Origin: Acidobacteriota bacterium
GTDB taxonomy: Bacteria > Acidobacteriota > Vicinamibacteria > Vicinamibacterales > UBA2999
Direction: 5' to 3'
DNA: 64,000 nt
NCBI GenBank assembly: GCA_016789705.1
Contig: JAEUQR010000005.1
Location: 215,343 to 279,342 of the forward strand
Below the pieces are notes generated by a model. It searched no databases, had not been told where the DNA came from, and saw only the letters and a list, made by a program, of their open reading frames with translations. Made by a program: the position numbers and the translations under genes. Of the stretch, positions 54,349 through 63,764 are shown piece by piece; position 1 is the first letter of the stretch; each line of letters begins with the position of its first letter.

Positions 54349-55389
54349 TCAGAAGAGACTGACCTTCACGTTCAGGTATTTCTTGGGGTCCTTGCGGATG
54401 TCCGAGACGAGGCCTCGTAACTCGGTCACCGCGGCACTCATATTGTCATAAAGCCGGCGATCCTGCAGAAGCATCCCGGCCGTGCCCTCGCCGGCGGCGA
54501 GCTTCGTCGAGATGTCGTCGAGCCGCGCGGCGGTGGCGGTGAGGCGGCTGTAGAGCTGATCGTCGGTCAGGAGCTTGCCGGCCGTGCCGTCGCCACGGGC
54601 GAGTCCCCCGGTGACCTTCTCGAGGTTGGCCGCGGCCTGGGTCGCCGAGGCGGCGAGCGCCGGGTCGTTCAGCAGCGCGCCGAGGCTGCCTTCGCCGCGC
54701 GCCACCTTCGCCGTGATGGCGTTGAGCGCCCCGGTGGCGGCGGCGAGCTCGTTGTAGATGGTCGGGTCGTTCATGAGACGGCCCAGGCTGCCACGCCCGC
54801 GGCTCATGGCGTCGGTGACCCGCGTGGCCGAGGCCATGAGCGCCTCGAGCTCCCGGTAGGCCGACTCATCGGTGAACAGCCGGCCGATCGTGCCCTTTCC
54901 GGCCCTGATGTCAGTCAGCAGCCGGGCCGTTTCGTCGAGCCCCTGGCCGGCCACGGCCGAGAGCGCCGCAATCGAGGCCGGGTCCACGCCCGAGGGCACG
55001 TAGCCCCAGTCGGGAATCGACGTGCCGTCGGCGGCAGGGGTGATGTCGATGGCCCCCTCGCCGAGCAGCGACACCGCACCGATGACCGCAAGCGACCGGT
55101 CGGTCACGAGCGGCCGCACTTCGTCGGACACCTCGATCCACGCCTCCGCCGCGTTGCCCGCGAAGCGCACCTCGGTCACGGAGCCCGTCTCGATGCCCGC
55201 GACGCGCACGGGTGTGCCGCTCTTCACGGTCGCGATGTTCTGGAAGCGCACCTTGAGCGGATAGCGTTGCCAGAAGAACCCGCCGGCGCCGCCAACGGCG
55301 AACACCATGACGGCAGCCATGACCAGAGCGAAGACGGCGACGATGCCGATTTTCAGCTCCGACCACGCCAGGGATCGCGTACGCGGCAT
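54349..55389 (-). CDS. mlaD: MlaD/MCE-family substrate-binding protein
   Basis: N-terminal TM helix, an MCE domain (YPLKVRFQNIATVKSGTPVRVAGIETGSVTEVRF), and a long C-terminal helical-repeat region. Confidence 0.85.
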   Translation of the reverse strand: MPRTRSLAWSELKIGIVAVFALVMAAVMVFAVGGAGGFFWQRYPLKVRFQNIATVKSGTPVRVAGIETGSVTEVRFAGNAAEAWIEVSDEVRPLVTDRSLAVIGAVSLLGEGAIDITPAADGTSIPDWGYVPSGVDPASIAALSAVAGQGLDETARLLTDIRAGKGTIGRLFTDESAYRELEALMASATRVTDAMSRGRGSLGRLMNDPTIYNELAAATGALNAITAKVARGEGSLGALLNDPALAASATQAAANLEKVTGGLARGDGTAGKLLTDDQLYSRLTATAARLDDISTKLAAGEGTAGMLLQDRRLYDNMSAAVTELRGLVSDIRKDPKKYLNVKVSLF

Positions 55390-55401
55390 GTGCTGATTCT
55401 C

Positions 55402-56247
55402 CTATGACAGGAACGCGCGAATATAGGGATCGGTCGAGGCACGCAGCTCATCGGCCGAGCCCTCGAACACGATCTTGCCGTCGCGCAGCATGACGAAGTC
55501 GGCTTCCTCGACCTTCTCCGGCGTGGCGCTGACGATGGCATGACCTTCCGGTGCCCGGCCGGCGCCGTGGGTCGCGATGTAGAACGCATCGCGGAGCTGG
55601 TGCGTGACGATGATCGAGGTGACACCCTCGATGTCACGCAGCTTGATGATTTCGGCGTCCACGGTCAGGGCCGTGATGGGGTCCAGGCCCGTGGTCGGCT
55701 CGTCGTAGAGCAGCAGCTTCGGCTTGAAAGCCATGGCCCGGGCGATGGCGACACGGCGGCGCTGGCCGCCCGAGAGCTCCGAGGGCCGGCGGTCGATGTA
55801 GGGCCCGAGCTCCACGAAGCCGAGCACCTCTTCGACGCGCGTCCGCACGTCGGCGAGCGGCATGTCGGTTTCTTCGTAGAGCTTGAATCCGACGTTTTCC
55901 CCCACGGTCAGCGAATCGAAGAGCGCGCCTTCCTGGAAGACCATGCCCGTATGGTCGCGCACCGCGAAGAGCTCGTTCTCCGTCATGCGGTCGATCTGCC
56001 GTCCATGCACCCAGATCTTCCCCGCATCCGGTGCCAGCAGCCCGAGGATGAGCTTCAACACGGTGGACTTCCCGGATCCGCTCGCACCGATGAAGATCTT
56101 GGTGTACCCCGGATAGAGCTTGAAGCTGATCTCGTCGAGCACGACATTGTCGTCGAAGGCCAGGCGCACGCCCTCGAAGACGACGACCGGCTCATCGCCG
56201 GGTCGGCCCCTGGCCGGCCCGCGCAGCGCTTCCGGGAAGGGCGCCAT
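55402..56247 (-). CDS. mlaF: ABC transporter ATP-binding protein MlaF
   Basis: Walker A GASGSGKST, ABC signature LSGGQRRRVAIARA and Walker B LLLYDEPT. ATG verified at 56245-56247, overlapping the mlaE stop by 1 nt. Confidence 0.9.
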   Translation of the reverse strand: MAPFPEALRGPARGRPGDEPVVVFEGVRLAFDDNVVLDEISFKLYPGYTKIFIGASGSGKSTVLKLILGLLAPDAGKIWVHGRQIDRMTENELFAVRDHTGMVFQEGALFDSLTVGENVGFKLYEETDMPLADVRTRVEEVLGFVELGPYIDRRPSELSGGQRRRVAIARAMAFKPKLLLYDEPTTGLDPITALTVDAEIIKLRDIEGVTSIIVTHQLRDAFYIATHGAGRAPEGHAIVSATPEKVEEADFVMLRDGKIVFEGSADELRASTDPYIRAFLS

Positions 56248-57020
56248 CAGAAGAGCAGCTCCAGCAGCAGTTGCGTGGAGAAGAAATCCATGGCGATCAC
56301 GCCGACCGACGCCGCGACGACCGCGTTGGTCGTGGCCCGGCCGACGCCCTGCGTGCCGCCCCGTGTGCGCAGGCCCACATGGCACCCGACGGTCACGATG
56401 ATGAAGCCCAGGAAGAACGGCTTCAGCAGGCCCATCCAGACGTCCTCGAGGAACAAGCCATCCACCACCGACGACCAGTACAGGCCGGAGGCCACGTTGA
56501 GATTCTGCACCGACACCACCCAGCCGCCGAGCAGGCCGACGGTGTTGGCGACCACGGTGAGAATCGGCGTCATCAGGATGCCGGCCAGCACGCGCGGCAC
56601 GACCAGCTTACGCACCGGGTCGGTGCCGAGGGCGCGCAGCGCGCTCACCTGCTCGGTCACGACCATCGAGCCGAGCTCGGCGGCGATGCCCGAGCTGACC
56701 CGGCCGGCCAGCATCAGGGCGGTCAGCACGGGGCCCAGTTCCTTGATCATCGACGCGCTCACGAGCCGCCCGACGAACGGCCGCGCCCCGAACTGGTCGA
56801 GCGTGAACCCGGTCTGCAGGGCCAGCACCGCGCCCGTGAACAGGCCCGTCAGGATCACCACGGTCATCGAGCCGATGCCGATGGCATCGAGCTGCTCGAC
56901 GAAGTCGTGCCAGTAGAACGGCCGCGTCACCGCGCAGCGCGCCGTGGCCATGGCCAGCGTGGTGTACTCCTGAATCTCGAGCAGCGCGCGCTTCAGCCAC
57001 TCGGTGAAGGCGGCCATCAC
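56247..57020 (-). CDS. mlaE: ABC transporter permease MlaE
   Basis: 257-aa polytopic protein with the MlaE/YrbE pattern (...[11 protein letters not shown]...GAVLALQ...[14 protein letters not shown]...AELGSM.V.EQV.AL...G.DP). Start is GTG 57020 or ATG 57017. Confidence 0.9.
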   Translation of the reverse strand: MMAAFTEWLKRALLEIQEYTTLAMATARCAVTRPFYWHDFVEQLDAIGIGSMTVVILTGLFTGAVLALQTGFTLDQFGARPFVGRLVSASMIKELGPVLTALMLAGRVSSGIAAELGSMVVTEQVSALRALGTDPVRKLVVPRVLAGILMTPILTVVANTVGLLGGWVVSVQNLNVASGLYWSSVVDGLFLEDVWMGLLKPFFLGFIIVTVGCHVGLRTRGGTQGVGRATTNAVVAASVGVIAMDFFSTQLLLELLF

Positions 57021-59029
57021 GCGGGATCCGGCGGCCGGCCGGAGAGGCCCATCGCGCGGGTCTTGAGCGCCGCGATGCGGTCACGGAAGGCGGCGGCGGC
57101 CTCGAAATCGAGGTCGGCGGCCGCCTGTTTCATCTGCCGCTCGAGATCGGTCAGGCGGGCCGCTGATTCCTCGGGCGAGTCGCCGGCGTCGAGGGCCGGG
57201 GCGCCGCCGTAGTCGCGTTCGTAGACGCTCGACAGCACGCCGTCGATGTCCTTCACGATGGTGGTCGGGGTGATGCCGTGCGCCTCGTTGTAGGCCGCCT
57301 GCAGCGTGCGGCGGCGCTCGGTTTCGTTGATGGCCATGCGCATCGAGTCGGTCACCGTGTCGGCGTACATGATGACCCGCCCGAACACGTTGCGCGCAGC
57401 GCGGCCGGCCGTCTGGATGAGCGAACCGCCCGAGCGCAGGAACCCTTCCTTGTCGGCGTCGAGCACGGCGACCAGTGAGACTTCCGGCAGGTCGAGGCCT
57501 TCGCGCAGCAGGTTGATGCCGACCAGCACATCGAAGCCGCCACGTCTCAGATCGCGCAGGATCTCGACACGCTCGAGCGTGTCGATGTCCGAATGCAGGT
57601 AGCGCACGCGCACGCCGAGCTCGTGGTAATACTGCGTCAGGTCCTCGGCCATCCGCTTCGTGAGCGTCGTGACGAGCACGCGCTCCTTCTTCGCGACGCG
57701 CTGGCGGATCTCGGCGAGCAGGTCGTCCACCTGCCCCTTCACCGGGCGCACGTCGATGGGCGGATCCATGAGGCCGGTGGGCCGGATGACCTGCTCCACC
57801 ACCACGCCGCCCGAGGCCTTCAGTTCGTACGGCCCGGGCGTGGCCGAGACGAACACCGTCTGCGGCATGCGGGCCTCCCACTCCTCGAAGCTGAGTGGGC
57901 GGTTGTCGAGAGCCGACGGCAGGCGGAACCCGTACTCGACGAGCACCTCCTTGCGCGCCCGGTCGCCGTGGAACATGCCGCGCACCTGCGGCACGGTCTG
58001 GTGGCTCTCGTCCACGATGAGCAGGGCGTCGGACGGCAGATAGTCGAAGAGCGTCGGCGGCGGCTGCCCCTGCACGCGGCCCGTCAGATGCCGCGAGTAG
58101 TTCTCGATGCCGTGGCAGTAGCCGATCTCCTTGATCATCTCGAGATCGAACATCGTGCGCTGATGGATCCGCTGCGCCTCGAGCAGGCGGCCTTCCCGTT
58201 CGAGGAAGGTGCGGCGCTCCTCGAGTTCGGCCTTGATCGCGTCGGCCGCCTCTTTCAGGCGGTCCCGCGAGGTCACGAAGTGGGTCTTCGGGAAGATCGA
58301 CAGGCGGTCGTGCCGGCGGACGGTCCTGCCGGTCAGCGGATCGAAAGTCATCAGCTCGTCGATCTCGTCGCCGAAGAGGCCGATGCGCAGCGCCAGTTCG
58401 TCGTACGACGGATGCACCTCGACGATGTCGCCGCGCACGCGGAACGTGCCGCGACCGAACTCGAGGTCGTTGCGTTCGTAGAGAATCTCGACCAGTTTGC
58501 GCAGCAAGTGGTCACGGCTCATGCGCTGGCCGCGTTCGAGCGGCAGCACGAGGCCGTAGTACGCCTCCGGCGACCCCAGGCCGTAGATGCAGCTCACGCT
58601 CGCCACGATCACGACGTCGCGGCGCTCGAAGAGTGAACGCGTGGCCGACAGGCGCATGCGGTCGATCTCGTCGTTGATGGTGGCTTCCTTCTCGATGTAC
58701 GTGTCGCTCGCCGGCACGTACGCCTCGGGCTGGTAGTAGTCGTAGTAGCTGACGAAGTACTCGACGGCGTTGTGCGGGAAGAAGCGGCGGAATTCCTGAT
58801 AGAGCTGTGCGGCCAGCGTCTTGTTGTGCGCCATCACGAGCGCCGGCCGGTTCACCCGCGCGATCACCTCGGCCATCGTGAACGTCTTCCCCGAGCCGGT
58901 CACCCCGAGCAGCGTCTGGCGCGGGTCGCCACGCTCGAGCCCGGCGACGAGCTCGGGCACGGCCCGCACCTGGTCGCCGGCCAGATCGAAGTCCGAGACG
59001 AGGCTGAAGCGGTCGAGAGTGGCGGGCAT
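57017..59029 (-). CDS. uvrB: excinuclease ABC subunit B
   Basis: FDLAGDQ..A...[21 protein letters not shown] and the C-terminal UVR domain ([13 protein letters not shown]). ATG verified at 59027-59029. Confidence 0.96.
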   Translation of the reverse strand: MPATLDRFSLVSDFDLAGDQVRAVPELVAGLERGDPRQTLLGVTGSGKTFTMAEVIARVNRPALVMAHNKTLAAQLYQEFRRFFPHNAVEYFVSYYDYYQPEAYVPASDTYIEKEATINDEIDRMRLSATRSLFERRDVVIVASVSCIYGLGSPEAYYGLVLPLERGQRMSRDHLLRKLVEILYERNDLEFGRGTFRVRGDIVEVHPSYDELALRIGLFGDEIDELMTFDPLTGRTVRRHDRLSIFPKTHFVTSRDRLKEAADAIKAELEERRTFLEREGRLLEAQRIHQRTMFDLEMIKEIGYCHGIENYSRHLTGRVQGQPPPTLFDYLPSDALLIVDESHQTVPQVRGMFHGDRARKEVLVEYGFRLPSALDNRPLSFEEWEARMPQTVFVSATPGPYELKASGGVVVEQVIRPTGLMDPPIDVRPVKGQVDDLLAEIRQRVAKKERVLVTTLTKRMAEDLTQYYHELGVRVRYLHSDIDTLERVEILRDLRRGGFDVLVGINLLREGLDLPEVSLVAVLDADKEGFLRSGGSLIQTAGRAARNVFGRVIMYADTVTDSMRMAINETERRRTLQAAYNEAHGITPTTIVKDIDGVLSSVYERDYGGAPALDAGDSPEESAARLTDLERQMKQAAADLDFEAAAAFRDRIAALKTRAMGLSGRPPDPA

Positions 59030-59177
59030 GGGGACGGGCTCGGTGGCCGCCGCCCACGGTTCGGGCGCCGGCGGGCGCGGACACACGGTGAGCGTACCAC
59101 AGGCAGTCACGTGCAACCCCGGCCCCACGACGGCGGACCGCCCGCCGCCCGGAGGCTATAATTGGAGGTTGTCGCAG

Positions 59178-59216
59178 ATGCTGCCGCCGCCGACACGAAC
59201 GGAATGCCATCGATGA
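59178..59216 (+). CDS. possible 12-codon upstream ORF (MLPPPTRTECHR) coupled to the DHH gene
   Basis: GGAGG (59164-59168) lies 9 nt before ATG 59178. The stop TGA (59214-59216) overlaps ATG 59213 of the downstream reading frame (ATGA). No conservation evidence is available. Confidence 0.2.
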   Translation: MLPPPTRTECHR

Positions 59217-60622
59217 GGTGCCTGGCTGTCTGCCAGACCGAGCTCGTGGGTCGCCTGCTGCACGCCGTGCTCAGTCCGCGCGTCGAGATCGAGTTCATCG
59301 TGGAGAGCAAGGCACTCGCCCGCCGCCTCCACGACGCCGGCGCCAGCGTGGTTGCCGCCGACCCGCGGCGCGTTGACACGTTCGTCAGGGCCGATCTGCT
59401 GCCCACGACCTCGGTCATCATCGAGGACGCCCGCCAGCGCAGCCTGCCGAAGGTGCTCGATGCCGTGCGCGACGCCGGCGGTGTCCTCGTTTACCTGCTC
59501 GGCACGCTCGGGCCCGAGGACGACAAACGCGCGGCCGCCCTGCGCGCCGACTTCCCCGAGCTCACGAACATCACGCTGGCCGAGCTCGTCGAAGCGCGAC
59601 TCTCGACCGAGCTCAACCGGTCGCTGACCCGCCAGAAAGTGCAGCAGTACCAGCGCTACTTCAGCGACGCCGACCGGGTGCTCATCCTCACGCACCACGA
59701 CCCCGATCCCGACGCGATCGCGAGCGGCCTCGCGCTGCGCACGCTGCTCCGCCGCACGAAACAGACCGCCATCATCGGCACCATGCAGCCGGTCTCGCGT
59801 CCCGAGAACCTGCGGATGCTGAAGCTGCTCGAAATCGGCGTCGACACCGTCACGGCCGATCAGTTCGCATCGTTCGAGAAGATCGCGCTCGTGGACGTGC
59901 AGCCGCACTACTTCGGCGATGCCCTGCGCCACGTCGACCTGGTCGTCGATCACCATCCCGAGACCAGCGGCTGGACGGCGATGTTCAAGGACATCCGGTC
60001 CGACTACGGCTCGACCTCGACGATTCTCACCGAACACCTGCAGGCGGTCGATCTCGACATCTCCGAGCGCACGGCGACGGCGATGCTCTACGCCATCAAG
60101 TCCGACACGCTGTTCTTCAATCGGCAGGCCAACCGCGCCGACCTCGACGCCTTCTCGTTCCTGTATCCGCTGGCCGACGCCAGCCTCATCCGCAAGATGG
60201 AAGGCGCGGAGATCACCCGCGAGCGCCTCGACTACGTGATCAAGGCGTGGCAGCAGGGCCGCATGGTCGAGCACGTCTTCTGCGCGTTCCTCGGCGAGCC
60301 GCCGCGCGACGACTTCATCCCGTACGTGGCCGACTTCTACCTGCAGCTCGAAGACGTGCAGTGGACGGTGGTGTCGGGCGTCGTCAACGACCAGATGGTC
60401 GTCTCGGTGCGAAACCTCGGCTACTCGCGCAACGCCGGCGACTTCGTGCGCCGCTGGTTCAACGACATCGGCAGCGCCGGCGGGCACCGCACGATGGCGA
60501 AGGCCGTCGTGCCGCTCGACGCGTTCCAGACGAAGTTCGGTGTGCACGAAGGCAGCCGCGTCAATCAGCGGATGCTCGACCTCGTGCTCGACTTCCTGCA
60601 CGAGCTCAACGGGAAGAAGTGA
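59204..60622 (+). CDS. DHH/DHHA1-family phosphoesterase with an N-terminal TrkA-N/RCK-like domain
   Basis: VLILTHHDPDPDAIAS (DHH motifs I-II), LVVDHHPE (the DHH motif) and SAGGHRTMAKA (DHHA1 GGGH-like). Start is ATG 59204 or ATG 59213. Confidence 0.8.
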   Translation: MPSMRCLAVCQTELVGRLLHAVLSPRVEIEFIVESKALARRLHDAGASVVAADPRRVDTFVRADLLPTTSVIIEDARQRSLPKVLDAVRDAGGVLVYLLGTLGPEDDKRAAALRADFPELTNITLAELVEARLSTELNRSLTRQKVQQYQRYFSDADRVLILTHHDPDPDAIASGLALRTLLRRTKQTAIIGTMQPVSRPENLRMLKLLEIGVDTVTADQFASFEKIALVDVQPHYFGDALRHVDLVVDHHPETSGWTAMFKDIRSDYGSTSTILTEHLQAVDLDISERTATAMLYAIKSDTLFFNRQANRADLDAFSFLYPLADASLIRKMEGAEITRERLDYVIKAWQQGRMVEHVFCAFLGEPPRDDFIPYVADFYLQLEDVQWTVVSGVVNDQMVVSVRNLGYSRNAGDFVRRWFNDIGSAGGHRTMAKAVVPLDAFQTKFGVHEGSRVNQRMLDLVLDFLHELNGKK

Positions 60623-60627
60623 CGGGC

Positions 60628-60644
60628 CCGGGCCACGGGTCCGG
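60628..60644. terminator. hairpin between convergent genes (weak bidirectional terminator candidate)
   Basis: CCGGGCC-ACG-GGUCCGG (7 bp including one G-U pair). No U-tract. Confidence 0.25.
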
Positions 60645-60653
60645 AGCGCGGCG

Positions 60654-61832
60654 CTAGCTCTCGATCGCCTGTATGAGGTCGGCGATGAGGTCGGCGGCAT
60701 CTTCGAGACCCACCGAGAGGCGCATCATGCCCCGCGTCACGCCTGCCTTCGCCAGCGCCTCGTCGCTCAGCCCGAACTGCGACGTCAGAATCGGCAGGCT
60801 GCACAGACTCTCGACGCCGCCGAGGCTGGCGGCGCGCTGGAAGACCTGCAGCCGGTCGAAGGCGCGGAACGCCGCCGCCTGCCCCCCCTTGAGGTCGATG
60901 CAGACCATGCCGCCGAAACCGTGCATCTGCCCCTTCGCAATCCCATGATCGGGATGTGAGGGCAGGCCCGGGTAGTGCACGGCCGCGAGCGCGGCGTGTC
61001 CCTCGAGCGCCAGACTGATCGCGAGCGCCGTCTCGTTGTGGCGGGCCACGCGCAGGGTGAGCGTTTTCATGCCGCGGCCGAGCGCGTAGGCTGGCTGCGG
61101 GTCGAGGATGCCGCCGAGCAGGCGCCGCGTCTTGGCGAGACGGCCGATGAGGCCGGCTCGGCCCGAGAGCACCCCGCCCGTCACGTCGCTGTGGCCGTTC
61201 AGGTACTTGGTGACGCTCTGCACCGAGAGGTCCACGCCCATCGCCAGCACCGGCTGATTGATGGCCGAGGCGAAGGTGTTGTCCATCACCGAGAGCACAC
61301 CGGCCGCGCGGCACGCCGTCGCCACCGCGCGCACGTCGATGACGCGGAGCGTCGGGTTGATGGGCGACTCGAACCACACCATCCTCGTCTTCGGGCCTAC
61401 GAGGGCCTCCGGCGTGCGGAACTCGTCGAGCGAGGCGAACCGCGTCGTCACGCCGAAGCGAGACGCCAGGCTCGTGAGCACGTGGAACGTGCCGCCATAG
61501 ATGGCCGCGCAGCACACGACTTCGTCACCGGCTTCGAGCAGGCCGAAGATGGCCGTCGAGACGGCCGCCATGCCCGAGCCGAAGACGAGCGCCGCTTCCG
61601 CGCCGTCGATCTCCGCAATCTTCGTCTCTACAGCGACCACCGTCGGGTTGTCGTAGCGGCTGTAGAGATATGCCGGTTTCGTGCCGGCGGCGTAGGCCTC
61701 GACGTCGGCGGCCGAGTCGAACACAAAGGTACTGGTCTCGTAGATCGGCACCGTGAGTGAGGCGGCGGCGGGCGGACGTTCTCCTGCGTGGATGAGACGG
61801 GTCGCGGAGCCGTGGTTGTCGCTGCTGCTCAT
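60654..61832 (-). CDS. Cys/Met-metabolism PLP-dependent enzyme (cystathionine gamma-synthase / methionine gamma-lyase family)
   Basis: YSRYDNPT, the PLP-lysine motif SVTKYLNGHSDV, and the C-terminal RLSVGLED. Confidence 0.88.
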   Translation of the reverse strand: MSSSDNHGSATRLIHAGERPPAAASLTVPIYETSTFVFDSAADVEAYAAGTKPAYLYSRYDNPTVVAVETKIAEIDGAEAALVFGSGMAAVSTAIFGLLEAGDEVVCCAAIYGGTFHVLTSLASRFGVTTRFASLDEFRTPEALVGPKTRMVWFESPINPTLRVIDVRAVATACRAAGVLSVMDNTFASAINQPVLAMGVDLSVQSVTKYLNGHSDVTGGVLSGRAGLIGRLAKTRRLLGGILDPQPAYALGRGMKTLTLRVARHNETALAISLALEGHAALAAVHYPGLPSHPDHGIAKGQMHGFGGMVCIDLKGGQAAAFRAFDRLQVFQRAASLGGVESLCSLPILTSQFGLSDEALAKAGVTRGMMRLSVGLEDAADLIADLIQAIES

Positions 61833-63256
61833 GAACGTCCTCTGGAGTCTTCGCCCACACGTTCGCCGGCGGCGCCGAGGGCAGGGGCGATGAAGAGCCG
61901 GTGCGCGTCTTCGTGCCCGCGCGTGACGAGATCGCCGGGCGTCGCCCGCCGATCCGACGCCTCGTCCACCGCCCCGGCCAGGTCGAGCGGCGTCAGCGCG
62001 TTGTGCGCCGGGCGGATGACGAACACCGCGTGGAAATGGGCCTGCGCGAAGCGGACGGCATCACGCACGGCGGCGGCTTCCTGCGCTGCCAGCCACTCCC
62101 CTGCCCGTCCGCGTGGATCGAGGCGGGCGGGCTTCAGGTCGTGCGGGCCGGCCATGTCAGGCGACGCCGTGACGATGATCGCCTGCTCCATGCCGGCCGC
62201 CGCGGCCTCTTCGAGCAGGCGCGAGAGCGCCGCGGGCCGGTCGGCGAGGCGATGCACTTCGCCGCGCCAGAAGCTCTCGGCCGGGAATGCCAGCGGATGG
62301 GGTTCGGAGAGGTCGGCGAGGGTCAGCGCGCCGCTCACGACATCGATGAGCGAGGCCTTCGCCGGGCCCGCCAGGTCGAAGGCCTCGGCCCGGCGACCGG
62401 CGACGCCGGCGACGCCGGGGAACAGCCGGCGGCCCGCGTCGCCGCCGATGATTCCGAACACGAGATCGCGGCGCGCATCGAGGTCGTGCACGGTGAGCAG
62501 CAGGTCGCGATGGCCGGGCTGGCCCGCGCCTGAGACCAGCAGTTCCGTCAGGCGCAGGCTGAGTTCCGCCGCCCGTGGCCGGGCCAGTGCCGCGCCGCCG
62601 CGCAGCAGGTCCCACAGCGCGCTCATGGCGGTCGCCGCGAAGCGGCCGGAATCGACCGGCGCGCCGAGCAGACGCCACGCCAGCTGTCCGCGGTGGCGGC
62701 GTGGGGCGCGTGCGGCCGTCACGACAGCGCCGATGGCCAGGCCGGCGAGCAACACGGCCGCGACCACGAGCACCAGACGCGCGATCCAGGTCGCCAGATG
62801 GTCGGGCTGGAAGACCCAGCCGAGCCAGGCGGCGTACCGTTCGGCGATCGTCGGTGTGCCGTCGAGTCCGGTCCAGCCGGCCAGCAGGCTCAGCGGCCAC
62901 ACGGCCACCGCCGCGAGCAGCAGCGCGAGCGGGCTCGAGACGAGGCCGGCGATGATGACGAGCGCGGCGCCCACGGCGCGGTAGGGCCGCGTGAGTCTGT
63001 AGGCGGCATGTTTCGTGGGGCGGCGCCACAGGCCGCGGGCGTCCCACAGAGCGGCGGCGCCGTCGAGCGCGAAGAGCACGGCGGCGAGCGCACCCACGCC
63101 GCGGCCGCCGACGAGATCGATCTTGACGCCCGCTTCCTGCAGGGCTTCGAGCACGCCGGCGTGATACGCGCCGTCGACGCCGGTGCCGCTCAAAACGACG
63201 GCCGTCGGGCGCTCGGGCGAATACAGCTCGTGCTGGGCTCGAGAGCCGCGCGCCAC
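61829..63256 (-). CDS. patatin-like phospholipase-domain membrane protein with a degenerate active site
   Basis: VVLSGTGVDGAYHAGVLEAL aligns to the patatin LSGGGxxGxxHxGVL block. VGGRGVGAL sits where GxSxG is expected, with Gly in place of the nucleophile Ser. Central hydrophobic helices are present. Its 3' end overlaps the downstream gene start by 4 nt. Confidence 0.6.
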   Translation of the reverse strand: MARGSRAQHELYSPERPTAVVLSGTGVDGAYHAGVLEALQEAGVKIDLVGGRGVGALAAVLFALDGAAALWDARGLWRRPTKHAAYRLTRPYRAVGAALVIIAGLVSSPLALLLAAVAVWPLSLLAGWTGLDGTPTIAERYAAWLGWVFQPDHLATWIARLVLVVAAVLLAGLAIGAVVTAARAPRRHRGQLAWRLLGAPVDSGRFAATAMSALWDLLRGGAALARPRAAELSLRLTELLVSGAGQPGHRDLLLTVHDLDARRDLVFGIIGGDAGRRLFPGVAGVAGRRAEAFDLAGPAKASLIDVVSGALTLADLSEPHPLAFPAESFWRGEVHRLADRPAALSRLLEEAAAAGMEQAIIVTASPDMAGPHDLKPARLDPRGRAGEWLAAQEAAAVRDAVRFAQAHFHAVFVIRPAHNALTPLDLAGAVDEASDRRATPGDLVTRGHEDAHRLFIAPALGAAGERVGEDSRGRS

Positions 63257-63265
63257 CGGTCGGTC

Positions 63266-63730
63266 CTACTCGTCGTGGATGGTGACGACCTTGACGACGT
63301 CGAACGTGCGCGTGCCGGCGGGCGTCGTGACGGTCACTTCGTCGCCTTCTTCCTTGTTGAGGAGGGCACGTCCGATGGGCGACGCGGTGGAGATGAGGCC
63401 TTTCTCCGCGTCGGCGTCTTCCGGCATGACGAGCTGGTAGACGATCTCGCCGCCGCCCTGCTCGCGCAGGGTGACGGTGGAGCCGAAGCCGGTCTTGTCG
63501 TGCGGCACCCGATCGAGATTCATCAGCGCCACTTCGTTGCGCCGGCGCTGCAGCATCGCGATCCGCGCCTGCACGAAGCTCTGGCGCTCCTTCGCCGCCG
63601 AATATTCGGCGTTCTCGCGCAGGTCGCCGAATTCCCGCGCCCGCTGGATTTCCTTGGGGAGCTCCGAATAGAGCTCGCGCTCGAGGCCGGCAATTTCGTC
63701 GTCAAACCGCTTCAGAATTCGCTCTTTCAT
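63266..63730 (-). CDS. greA: transcription elongation factor GreA
   Basis: GDLRENAEYSAAKERQ is the GreA signature, with a C-terminal FKBP-like domain (SPIGRALLNKEEGDEV). ATG verified at 63728-63730. Confidence 0.92.
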   Translation of the reverse strand: MKERILKRFDDEIAGLERELYSELPKEIQRAREFGDLRENAEYSAAKERQSFVQARIAMLQRRRNEVALMNLDRVPHDKTGFGSTVTLREQGGGEIVYQLVMPEDADAEKGLISTASPIGRALLNKEEGDEVTVTTPAGTRTFDVVKVVTIHDE

Positions 63731-63764
63731 TGGTTCCGGCGGTAACTGTAGCACACGGGGTGCT

